Below are positions 27,029 through 36,644 of a DNA stretch of 64,000 nucleotides, one piece after another. Position numbers and translations under genes: made by a program. This DNA is from Escherichia coli. Its GTDB lineage: Bacteria > Bacillota > Clostridia > Oscillospirales > Oscillospiraceae. Every line of letters begins with the position of its first letter. Positions within the stretch are counted from its first letter, which is position 1. Below the pieces are notes generated by a model. The model did not search any database, was not told the origin of the DNA, and saw nothing but the letters and a program-made list of their open reading frames with translations. The stretch is from positions 25,629 through 89,628 of the forward strand of contig CAVGWF010000038.1 of assembly GCA_963632825.1 (NCBI GenBank), written 5' to 3'.

Positions 27029-27742
27029 CTATATCATGAACACGTCGCCGTATGGGTATGGACTGCCGCTTTCGGACACCATCCATTCCTTGAATGCCGG
27101 TACATCACGCACGGTCATTCCGGATATTCTCGTTATCCCATACCGCATTATTTCGGGACAAAGCGGTGCGGACGGACCTATAACGACCGTTTCCGCATTT
27201 TTTGAGAGCTCAAGCAGCCTCGGGAGAGTCTTGTTTATCGCGGCGCTGGCAGTGATAATAACAATGCCGCACTCCGGCAGAATATACTCGCAGGCGGGAT
27301 CGGGATAGTCTCCGGACTTTGGCTCACGCTCAATTATGTAAACCGATTCCGCTCCTCGGAGAGCGTCCGGCTGGAGCTTCAGGTGCCCTATGAGTGCGAT
27401 TTTTCTGCCCTCGACCGCCATGCCCTGAGTGCAGCTTTTATCATATCCGCAGCCGGCACCCAGCCCGGCTGAACGCTCGCGAGTGTTGTAAAAGGCGTTT
27501 ATCACAGCCATGCCCTCGGATGCCTCCTCAAGATTCCAGGAGCGCACGGCCTGCGCCGCATCGCGCGCGCCGAGCCCCTCAAGAGAGTCAAACCTCCGCT
27601 GCACCGTTGCTGTCGGATTGCGCAGAGCTATGCCGAAGCGGCCGTCGCTCAGCTCCGCTGCGGTCCATGTGAGCCCGTACATTACGGTACTTACGGTAAG
27701 ATCACCGTCGATGCCGTCTATAAGCGTGTCATAAAGATCCAT
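27029..27742 (-). CDS. DUF4213/DUF364 domain-containing protein (putative metal-chelation Rossmann-like protein)
   Basis: The N-terminus MDLYDTLIDGI..VMYGLTWTAAELSDGRFGIAL and the C-terminal half IALIGHLK..VYIIEREP..IITASAAINKTL match the DUF4213+DUF364 pattern as I remember it. Confidence 0.7.
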   Translation of the reverse strand: MDLYDTLIDGIDGDLTVSTVMYGLTWTAAELSDGRFGIALRNPTATVQRRFDSLEGLGARDAAQAVRSWNLEEASEGMAVINAFYNTRERSAGLGAGCGYDKSCTQGMAVEGRKIALIGHLKLQPDALRGAESVYIIEREPKSGDYPDPACEYILPECGIVIITASAAINKTLPRLLELSKNAETVVIGPSAPLCPEIMRYGITRISGMTVRDVPAFKEWMVSESGSPYPYGDVFMI

Positions 27743-27827
27743 ATATCCAACCTCCGTGCCCGCTCATTATATCACCGCTTGCGCCCGCATATCAAGTAAT
27801 GTTATAATGGGCGAGGAGGTATGACCG

Positions 27828-28595
27828 ATGATATTTGATACTCATGCGCATTATGACAGCGGTGCGTTCAGCGCCGACCGCTTTGATATACTTGCCTCAA
27901 TGCCGGATAACGGCGTGGGGCTTATCGTTGATCCGGGCTGTGACCTTGAAAGCAGCCGTCAGGCGGTAGAGCTTGCCGAGCGGTTCAGCTTTGTTTATGC
28001 CGCCGTCGGCTGGCATCCGGAGGATATTGACAAGCTGACACCGGACGGGATGCGCGAGCTTGAAAGGCTTGCAGAGCATCCGAAATGTGTTGCCATAGGA
28101 GAGATAGGTCTTGATTATTATTGGGATGCCGGGCATAAGCAGGAGCAGAAGGAGCTGTTTTGCAGGCAGATCGAGCTTGCACTGCGCCTCGATAAGCCCA
28201 TTATTGTCCATGACCGCGAGGCGCATGGCGACAGCCTTGAGACGGTGTGCCGCTATCCGGAGCTGCGGGGCGTGTTCCACTGCTTTTCCGGCAGCACCGA
28301 GATGGCAGCCGAACTTTTGAAGCGCGGCTGGTACCTCGGCTTTGACGGACCGATAACATATAAAAATGCACGCAAAGCCATCGAGGTGCTCGAAATGTGC
28401 CCCCTTGACCGCATTGTTATCGAGACCGACAGCCCGTATCTCACACCGGTGCCGAACCGCGGTAAAAGAAATGACTCAACGCAGCTTCGCCATGTGACGG
28501 CGAGGATAGCCGAGGTGAAAGGGATGAGCGCAGAGGAGATCGAACATCTGACGCTTGAAAACGGCAGGAGACTTTTCGGATTGGAGGGCGTTTGA
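27828..28595 (+). CDS. TatD family metal-dependent hydrolase (YabD-like)
   Basis: IFDTHAHYD, GEIGLDYYW, PIIVHDREAH, FHCFSG, ETDSPYLTP. Confidence 0.93.
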   Translation: MIFDTHAHYDSGAFSADRFDILASMPDNGVGLIVDPGCDLESSRQAVELAERFSFVYAAVGWHPEDIDKLTPDGMRELERLAEHPKCVAIGEIGLDYYWDAGHKQEQKELFCRQIELALRLDKPIIVHDREAHGDSLETVCRYPELRGVFHCFSGSTEMAAELLKRGWYLGFDGPITYKNARKAIEVLEMCPLDRIVIETDSPYLTPVPNRGKRNDSTQLRHVTARIAEVKGMSAEEIEHLTLENGRRLFGLEGV

Positions 28596-29410
28596 TGTAT
28601 AAGCCTGAGATAATATTGCAGGGGGCTCCGAACGCACGCGACCTCGGCGGCATCCTAACGCGCGGCGGACGGGAAATATGCAGAAACCGTCTCATCCGCA
28701 GCGGCATGCTCTCAAGCCTGAACGATGCCGATGTAAAATACCTTGAGAGCGTAAATCTGAAAGCCATAGTCGATTTCAGAACGGGCACCGAGCGTAACCA
28801 AAAGCCCGATCGCGTAATAAGCAGTGCCGAGTACATCGTCTGTCCCATACTCGAGGACAAGGCGGAGGGTATAACCAGAGATAAGCCCGAAACGGAGGAT
28901 GAGGAGGCACGGCGCACCGTTAAAATGGCGCAGCGGCTCATGCCGCGCGGCGGAAACGGCGCCGAACAGATACGCTCACTGTATCCTATCATGGTCACTG
29001 CCGAGCACTCGGTCGCGCATTACCGGAGGTTTTTCGAGATACTGCTGAGCCGTGAGACCGGTGCGCTGCTGTATCACTGCACCATGGGCAAGGACAGGGT
29101 GGGTGTTGCGACTGCGCTGCTGCTCACCGCGCTCGATGTACCGCACGAGCAGATATATGACGATTATCTCATTACCCGTGAGCGCTGTGCTGCCGGCACC
29201 GAGCGACTCGTTGCCAACTGCCGGAGGTATACGGACGATGAGCCTACGCTCAGGTTCATACGCGAGCTCGACACCGTCCACGAAAGCTACCTCGATGCCG
29301 CCTTCGATGCAATAACCGAGCGGTACGGCAGTGCCGGAGCATTCCTGAGATGCAGACTCGGACTCGATGACGAAAAGTTAGAGCGCTTAAAGTATTTATA
29401 TACGGAATGA
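28595..29410 (+). CDS. Tyrosine-protein phosphatase (Y_phosphatase3 family)
   Basis: CX5R active site HCTMGKDRVG and N-terminal GAPNARDLGG. ATG 28595 overlaps the tatD-like stop; the track start 28592 is a TTG one codon earlier. Confidence 0.85.
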   Translation: MYKPEIILQGAPNARDLGGILTRGGREICRNRLIRSGMLSSLNDADVKYLESVNLKAIVDFRTGTERNQKPDRVISSAEYIVCPILEDKAEGITRDKPETEDEEARRTVKMAQRLMPRGGNGAEQIRSLYPIMVTAEHSVAHYRRFFEILLSRETGALLYHCTMGKDRVGVATALLLTALDVPHEQIYDDYLITRERCAAGTERLVANCRRYTDDEPTLRFIRELDTVHESYLDAAFDAITERYGSAGAFLRCRLGLDDEKLERLKYLYTE

Positions 29411-29417
29411 TAATGAA

Positions 29418-29444
29418 TAAAAAGCCGCCACGAGGCGGCTTTTT
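29418..29444. terminator. Bidirectional intrinsic terminator
   Basis: AAAAAGCCGCC acga GGCGGCTTTTT between convergent genes. Confidence 0.8.
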
Positions 29445-29452
29445 CAATTGCT

Positions 29453-30535
29453 TTAATCGTTCAGATATTCGGAATAGCAGTTCAGGGTGAGGCATCCGGA
29501 AAGCTCCGTTAGTATGGTCTGCATATCGGTATTGCCGTACACGGCCTCGGGAGCCGACAGACCGCGCTCGGGCTGAGTGTCATACGAGAGCATTACGCGC
29601 ACCGATGTACCCAGATCCTCGCCTCTGCTTTCGACTATGACGGCACCGCCGTGCAGCTCGGCAATGCCCTTTGCCACCGCAAGCCCGATACCGGAGCCCA
29701 CCGGATGTGTGAGGCATTCTCCGTACTTATACCGGGCGAACACGAATGCCAGCTCATCGGCCTCAATGCCTATGCCGTTGTCGTCAACGCCCAGAACAAG
29801 ATTGCTGTCGGTGCGCAGCAGCGACACCGAGATCCTGCCGCCGCGCCGGCAATTGAGTATGCTGTTTGACAGCAAATTGAGCACAAGTCTGCTCACCAGC
29901 TCTCTGTCGGCGACTATCCGCATGTGATCCTCTGCATGGAGGGAGATATTTATATCCTGCTTTTCCGTCAGCAGAGAAGCGGTATCTATAATGCCGCGGC
30001 ACAGCTCGGTAATGTCCATGGGGCGCGGATGAAAAGGCAGCGTACCTGCGGCTATGCCGGAAAGCGTGCCGAGATTGTCCAACGCGCGCTTTATTCTGCA
30101 ATAGCTGCGGTTGAGCGTGCTTACATATTCCGAGAGCCTGTCGTTTGCAATATCCTCGGCGATAACGGATATGCACGAGGCGGCAAATTTTATATTCGAC
30201 ATACTCGAGCGCAGGCAGGACAGAACTGCCTCGCACGGCTCGGTCTGGGGCACCTCATATGATATGACATATATCCTCAGCCCGTTTGCCGACGACACCT
30301 TAACCGTGCAGTTCTTGCTGCCGATGAAGGCAGTGGATATAAAATTATCCGCCTGATTGTTTGATATATGCGAGGGCATGAGCGTATCCAGCCGCATGCC
30401 GGAGCAGTCCTTACCGGCAAGCCTGACGGCGGCAGGATTCATATACAGTATTTTTGTCCGGCGCGAAACCGCCACCGGTTCACTGAGCATTGAAAATGCG
30501 GTTGATAACAGGTCCTTATCCGCCATATCGTCCAC
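29453..30535 (-). CDS. Cytoplasmic histidine-kinase-like protein (PAS-like N-terminus + HATPase_c) lacking an evident phospho-acceptor His
   Basis: Intact N-box (NLLSNSILN), G1 (DDNGIGI), F (FVFARY) and G2 (GSGIGLAVAKGIAELHGG). Where an H-box is expected the sequence is AVLSCLRSSMSNIKF, with no His. Confidence 0.75.
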   Translation of the reverse strand: MDDMADKDLLSTAFSMLSEPVAVSRRTKILYMNPAAVRLAGKDCSGMRLDTLMPSHISNNQADNFISTAFIGSKNCTVKVSSANGLRIYVISYEVPQTEPCEAVLSCLRSSMSNIKFAASCISVIAEDIANDRLSEYVSTLNRSYCRIKRALDNLGTLSGIAAGTLPFHPRPMDITELCRGIIDTASLLTEKQDINISLHAEDHMRIVADRELVSRLVLNLLSNSILNCRRGGRISVSLLRTDSNLVLGVDDNGIGIEADELAFVFARYKYGECLTHPVGSGIGLAVAKGIAELHGGAVIVESRGEDLGTSVRVMLSYDTQPERGLSAPEAVYGNTDMQTILTELSGCLTLNCYSEYLND

Positions 30536-30655
30536 CTCACAACAAATTACGGCATTATTTTATCAAAAACAAGCATATTATACAATAGCAGTCTCAAAAA
30601 TGGCTATTTTTTAACGGAGATTTGGCTGTATCGGAATATTGATTTTTGAGCATAG

Positions 30656-31738
<1,083 letters not shown>

Positions 31739-31777
31739 TCCCGGCACGGCTGTTCAGTACCGAATAATAATAAAAAC

Positions 31778-31821
31778 GACCTCCTTCCACCTGAAAGCAT
31801 CAGGGCGAAGGAGGTCATTTT
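31778..31821 (+). terminator. Intrinsic terminator of gap
   Basis: A 10-bp stem GACCTCCTTC / GAAGGAGGTC followed by ATTTTG. Confidence 0.75.
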
Positions 31822-31831
31822 GTCAGACACT

Positions 31832-32950
31832 CTATTTTCTGACCGCTAACGGTCTCAATGCCATGAGCAGCTTACCCAACAATAAATACGCCGTATAAGC
31901 CACAACTCCAAATCCGAATGTTATGCCGGTCCATTTTGCCAGGCACAGCGGAAAGCTCAATATATCATTGCCAAGCAGCGGCAGCCAGTGAACGCTCATC
32001 CATAGGGTGTAGAAGAAATCGTTGTCATGCAGCAAATAAACCATAAAGGTAGCAGCACTTATATAGTTGATTGTTTTACTGCTGAAGCTGGGTATCCTCC
32101 TGAACAGCTCGAAAATGGCAATGCCGAGTATCAGCGTTACGATACTATTATTTCTGTATCCCGGTATAGTCTGAATAAAGAGATTTCCGTCATCGGGATT
32201 GAAATTATGTATGTTCGTTATCGTTGTAAGATGATAATTTACATAGATAACAACATTGGTAAGTACAATAATTGCAATAAGTGCCCAAAGCCTGATCTTC
32301 TCAAACGGCTCATACCTGCGGATGTAGCCTCCGAGCGCATATAAAAATACGCCCGTGACCAATATCTCAAACCCTGACATCAGGCTTGCCAGCAAACCCG
32401 TTGACCAGCTGAACTGAACGACGGCGAACAATGTTACTACAAGCATCAAATAACTGCTCTTATCGCACTTCGCTAATCTGGAGTTTAAGAATATTTTGGC
32501 AACAACTATTACTAAAAAATAATATCCTACAAACCACGAAAAGCTATTGAAAGAGAAAAATGTGATATATGAGCTTAAATTGATATTCCACTTTGCGTTT
32601 GCCCATGAAACATACAGGCTTGATGATATCACGAGAACAAAAGCGGCAAAGCCCAATTGCAAAAGAAGCTTTTGAGCTGTTTTTGTCAGATTGATTGACG
32701 ATGCTTCCTTCGATGCCATAAAATAACCGGAGATCAGGATAAAAATATCATTTCCGATCACTCCGGCAGGGGATATCAACGCCAATATCCCCAGCCGCTT
32801 GAATAGCACCGGCTGACAAAACAGCTCCGAATCCCATGCTGCGGTCAATTGTCCGTCAATACAGTGATAGTAAATATGTGAGCACACAATCATCAGCATC
32901 GCTGCTATGCGCAATAGCTCTAAATTAGAATTCCTTTTTTTGGTTTCCAT
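31832..32950 (-). CDS. Acyltransferase family 3 membrane protein (O-acyltransferase of surface glycans, OatA/WecH-like)
   Basis: NSNLELLRIAAMLMIVCSHIY opening and about 10 TM segments. Visibly AT-richer than all neighbours. Confidence 0.8.
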   Translation of the reverse strand: METKKRNSNLELLRIAAMLMIVCSHIYYHCIDGQLTAAWDSELFCQPVLFKRLGILALISPAGVIGNDIFILISGYFMASKEASSINLTKTAQKLLLQLGFAAFVLVISSSLYVSWANAKWNINLSSYITFFSFNSFSWFVGYYFLVIVVAKIFLNSRLAKCDKSSYLMLVVTLFAVVQFSWSTGLLASLMSGFEILVTGVFLYALGGYIRRYEPFEKIRLWALIAIIVLTNVVIYVNYHLTTITNIHNFNPDDGNLFIQTIPGYRNNSIVTLILGIAIFELFRRIPSFSSKTINYISAATFMVYLLHDNDFFYTLWMSVHWLPLLGNDILSFPLCLAKWTGITFGFGVVAYTAYLLLGKLLMALRPLAVRK

Positions 32951-33051
32951 TACCGCTGCCCTTCACAAACAATATATTTATTCGCCATGGCGATGCAGAC
33001 GCTTCCGACCAAGCATGCGCTGCATTAAAGCCGGCATTCAGGACTGCCCGC

Positions 33052-33795
33052 TCACTTTTTGACCGCCTTTGGCTTTCTGATCCCTGCGAAGGGATCGGCG
33101 CCGCCGCCGGAGAACATTGTGAAGTTGAGGCTGGACTTCACATGATCCGCCATCGCCTGCTTTGCGAGGTCGGGGATATGCATTTTTATGGCCTCAACTA
33201 CCGCAACATGATTGTATATAACGCTGGGTGACCAGGGGTTATCCTCGGAATTGCTTATGAATTTTATCATCGAGGACTGGTACATCGTGAGATTGGGACG
33301 CAGCATTTTATAGCATTTCTGGATGTATTTATTCCCGCATGACTCGACGATGAGCCCGTGGAAGGGCATATCGGTAGCTATCATGCCGTCATAATCCTTG
33401 CGGATAACACATTCGGCAAACTCTACGGCGAGCCTGTCAAGCTCCTTGACTGTCTCGGTATCGGCGCGCTCGGTGCACAGTGCCGCAGCCTCGCACTCTA
33501 TAGCCGTTCGGACATCGTACAGGTCGATCATGTCGCGCAGACTGAGGTCAATGACGAAAAATCCGCTCGTGTCGGGCTTGGATATGACAAAGCCCTTTTC
33601 GCAGAGATTCATTATCGCCTCTGCGACCGGAGTGCGGGATATTCCAAGCGCGGATGCAATGCTGTTTACATTGAGCTTGGTGCCCGGTGCAATACAAAGT
33701 GAAACGATCTCATCGTAAAGCATCTGCGAAACCACATCGCGGAGCTTTGCGCCGGGATTTGCGTCGAGATAGACCTGAAACTGGTCACGCTTCAT
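33052..33795 (-). CDS. GntR family transcriptional regulator (FadR/FCD subfamily)
   Basis: Winged HTH LNVNSIASALGISRTPVAEAIMNLCEKGFV plus an all-helical C-terminal FCD-like domain. Confidence 0.88.
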   Translation of the reverse strand: MKRDQFQVYLDANPGAKLRDVVSQMLYDEIVSLCIAPGTKLNVNSIASALGISRTPVAEAIMNLCEKGFVISKPDTSGFFVIDLSLRDMIDLYDVRTAIECEAAALCTERADTETVKELDRLAVEFAECVIRKDYDGMIATDMPFHGLIVESCGNKYIQKCYKMLRPNLTMYQSSMIKFISNSEDNPWSPSVIYNHVAVVEAIKMHIPDLAKQAMADHVKSSLNFTMFSGGGADPFAGIRKPKAVKK

Positions 33796-33995
33796 GGGGT
33801 TATCATCCTTTCTGACTTATTTGAATGCAAAAAACAGTATGACATAACAAAAGTGAACCTGAATGTATCTGCTATTGTACGGCAGATATCTTTTGAATGC
33901 AATACCATAAATGCAAAAATTCGATTTGTTGAAATGTTAACGAAAAATTGGGAGCGTAATAGCCGAAAGCTGCCTGAATTTGCTCATAAACACGC

Positions 33996-34030
33996 ACAAA
34001 AACGCACCGGGGCAAGCGGCTCCGGTGCGT
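33996..34030 (-). terminator. Intrinsic terminator of the nfnAB-like operon
   Basis: ACGCACCGG (34002-34010) / CCGGTGCGT (34022-34030). On the minus strand it is followed by TTTTT. Confidence 0.75.
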
Positions 34031-34043
34031 TTTGAATATCAGC

Positions 34044-35435
34044 TTACTTTTTGCTCTTTATGTACTCGTCAATGCTCTTGGCACCGGTCTTGCCGGCTCC
34101 CATTGCGAGGATAACGGTGGCTGCACCGGTGACTGCGTCGCCGCCGGCAAATACACCTTCGCGTGCGGTAGCGCCGCCCTCGTTGGCCTCAATGCCGCCC
34201 TTGCGGGTGAAGGTCAGTCCCTTGGTGGTGTTGCGGATCAGCGGGTTGGGGCTGGTGCCGATAGCGATAACAACGGTGTCAACATCGAGGATCCAGTTGG
34301 AGCCCTCAATGGGAACGGGTCTTCTCTTGCCCTTCTCATCGGGCTCGCCGAGCTCCTGCCTCTGGAGCTCTATGCCGGTGACATGGCCGTCCTCGCCGGC
34401 GTGGATGGCAACGGGGTTGTTGAGCATGTTGAACTCAATACCCTCTGCCTCTGCGTGCTCGACCTCCTCCTTACGGGCGCTCATCTCGTCGCGGCTGCGG
34501 CGGTAGGTGATATAAACATGCTCTGCGCCCAGACGCTTGGAAACGCGAGCCGCGTCCATAGCGACATTGCCTGCGCCGACGATGCAGACATTATGGAAGT
34601 GCTTTATAGGCGTGTCGTAATCATCGCGGTAAGCCTTCATGAGATTTACGCGGGTGAGGAGCTCGTTTGCGGAGTAAACGCCGAGCAGATTCTCGCCGGG
34701 GATGTGCAGGAACTGGGGCAGACCTGCACCGGAGCCGATAAACACTGCCTCGAAGCCGTCTTCAAACAGCTCGTCAACGCTTTCGGACTTGCCGATGATT
34801 GCGTTGTTTATGATCTTAACGCCCATGGCCTTGAGGTTCTCAATCTCTGCCGCAACGATCTCCTTGGGCAGACGGAACTGGGGGATACCGTAAACCAGAA
34901 CGCCGCCGGACTTGTGGAATGCCTCGAAGATGGTGACATCGTAGCCGAGCTTGCGCAGATCGCCGGCGCAGGTGAGGGAGGCAGGGCCGGAGCCGACGAT
35001 GGCGATGCGGTGACCGTTGCTTTCGGGAACCTTTATTTCGTCCTTGACTTCCTTGTTCATGTGATAGTCGGCGACAAAGCGCTCAAGGCGGCCGATGCCG
35101 ACGCTCTCGCCCTTGATGCCGCGCACGCACTTGCTCTCGCACTGCTTCTCCTGCGGGCAGACACGGCCGCAGACGGCGGGCAGGGAGTTGGTGGAGGTTA
35201 TGATCTCATATGCCGCGTCAAAGTCGCCCTCTGCGACCTTGGCGATAAATTCGGGGATGCGTACCGAAACGGGGCAGCCGGTACGGCAGGGCATGTTGTG
35301 GCAGTTAAGGCAGCGCTTTGCCTCGTCCATTGCCATCTCTGCGGTGTAGCCGAGAGCGACCTCGTCAAAATTGCCGGTGCGGACTGTGGGATCCTGCTCG
35401 GGCATCGGGTTTTTATCCATTCTCATGTTAGCCAT
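34044..35435 (-). CDS. nfnB: NADPH-dependent glutamate synthase small-subunit-like oxidoreductase (NfnB/SudA/GltD type)
   Basis: N-terminal 2x[4Fe-4S] Cys motifs (CLNCHNMPCRTGCP, CGRVCPQEKQCESKC). Two dinucleotide folds (IAIVGSGPASL, VCIVGAGNVAMD). Overlaps the partner gene by 8 nt. Confidence 0.8.
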   Translation of the reverse strand: MANMRMDKNPMPEQDPTVRTGNFDEVALGYTAEMAMDEAKRCLNCHNMPCRTGCPVSVRIPEFIAKVAEGDFDAAYEIITSTNSLPAVCGRVCPQEKQCESKCVRGIKGESVGIGRLERFVADYHMNKEVKDEIKVPESNGHRIAIVGSGPASLTCAGDLRKLGYDVTIFEAFHKSGGVLVYGIPQFRLPKEIVAAEIENLKAMGVKIINNAIIGKSESVDELFEDGFEAVFIGSGAGLPQFLHIPGENLLGVYSANELLTRVNLMKAYRDDYDTPIKHFHNVCIVGAGNVAMDAARVSKRLGAEHVYITYRRSRDEMSARKEEVEHAEAEGIEFNMLNNPVAIHAGEDGHVTGIELQRQELGEPDEKGKRRPVPIEGSNWILDVDTVVIAIGTSPNPLIRNTTKGLTFTRKGGIEANEGGATAREGVFAGGDAVTGAATVILAMGAGKTGAKSIDEYIKSKK

Positions 35436-36294
35436 TACGCTTACCTCCGGTCATATTGCAGATATGCTTTGCAGCCTCGTCCTGTTCTTCCTTATAGAAC
35501 GCGGCGCGCTTGATCAGCGAGTCGAAATCGACCTCGTGTGCATCAAAGTCGGGACCGTCAACGCAGGCAAACTTTGTCTCGCCGCCGACGATAACGCGGC
35601 AGCCGCCGCACATGCCGGTGCCGTCGACCATGATCGGGTCGAGGGAGATGATGGTTTTGATGCCGTAAGGACGGGTGACCTCGGCAAGGAACTTCATCAT
35701 GATGTCGGGACCGATGGCGATAACGCGGTCAAACTGGGGCTTGCCCTCCTTGATGTTGGCGTCGATCTCCTGCTGGAGGTACTGGGTGGTGAAGCCCTTC
35801 TCACCGTAGGTGCCGTCGTCGGTGCACATAATGAGCTTGTCGGAGGCGGCCTTGAGCTCATCCTTGAGGATGACTATGTCTGCGCTTCTGAAGCCTGCGA
35901 TAAATGTGACCTCGATGCCCTTTTCGTGCATCTCCTTTGCGATGGGGTAGGCGATGGCACAGCCGACGCCGCCGCCGACGACGCAGACCTTCTTCAGACC
36001 GTCCATCTCGGTAGCCTTGCCGAGGGGACCGACAAAGTCGGTGATATAATCGCCTTCCTCAACGGTGTGCAGCATCTTGGTGGTGCGGCCGGCAGCCTGC
36101 ACCATAACGGTGACGGTGCCCTTCTCACGGTCATAGCCCGCTACGGAAACAGGAGTACGCTCGCCCTGCTCATCCAGACGGAAGATGACGAACTGACCTG
36201 CCTGGGCGTGCTTTGCGACCAGCGGAGCTTCGATCTCGAACAGGCAAATGGTCTTTGCATCGTTCAGAAATCTCTTTTGTACGACTTTAAACAT
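35428..36294 (-). CDS. nfnA: Sulfide/dihydroorotate dehydrogenase-like FAD/NAD-binding protein (NfnA/SudB type)
   Basis: MFKVVQKRFLND start (ATG 36294, SD AAGAGGT). Ferredoxin-reductase fold with a C-terminal [2Fe-2S] motif MVDGTGMCGGCRV. Confidence 0.8.
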   Translation of the reverse strand: MFKVVQKRFLNDAKTICLFEIEAPLVAKHAQAGQFVIFRLDEQGERTPVSVAGYDREKGTVTVMVQAAGRTTKMLHTVEEGDYITDFVGPLGKATEMDGLKKVCVVGGGVGCAIAYPIAKEMHEKGIEVTFIAGFRSADIVILKDELKAASDKLIMCTDDGTYGEKGFTTQYLQQEIDANIKEGKPQFDRVIAIGPDIMMKFLAEVTRPYGIKTIISLDPIMVDGTGMCGGCRVIVGGETKFACVDGPDFDAHEVDFDSLIKRAAFYKEEQDEAAKHICNMTGGKRNG

Positions 36295-36351
36295 CTTGTT
36301 ACCTCTTATCATTATTAATATTTTGTTCAAGCCATGATTGTAACGGAATTT

Positions 36352-36380
36352 ATTCTAATTCAATTGCGTATGATTGTCAA
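36352..36380 (-). promoter_or_regulatory. Sigma-A-like promoter of the nfnAB-like operon
   Basis: On the minus strand: TTGACA (36380-36375), exact 17-nt spacer, TAGAAT (36357-36352). Confidence 0.55.
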
Positions 36381-36644
36381 CATACGAAATTTGTATAAAA
36401 TGTAGAAAATGCAGTGAAATCAAGGCTTTTTTGAAAAAAGTGATTAAATTTTAACTAACAATTGCACAAAAACAGGTGCGGTTTCGGGCGAAAATACAGA
36501 CGGGAAGCCGAACGGCGGCTTCGGTATGTCAGAGATATCGGGCACAGCCGAAAAATCCCGGCAACACACAAGGTGCCGCCGAGATTCAGCTTGTCCTGCT
36601 GCCGTATGCAAATTATACGCTCAGAGCCGGACGCTGCTTGACCT

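Noticed and set aside
34032-36318. 493-aa and 315-aa plus-strand ORFs over the nfnB/nfnA-like genes
   Set aside because: These are antisense shadows with Ala/Gly/Asp/Val low-complexity translations. The minus-strand genes carry Fe-S and dinucleotide-binding motifs.
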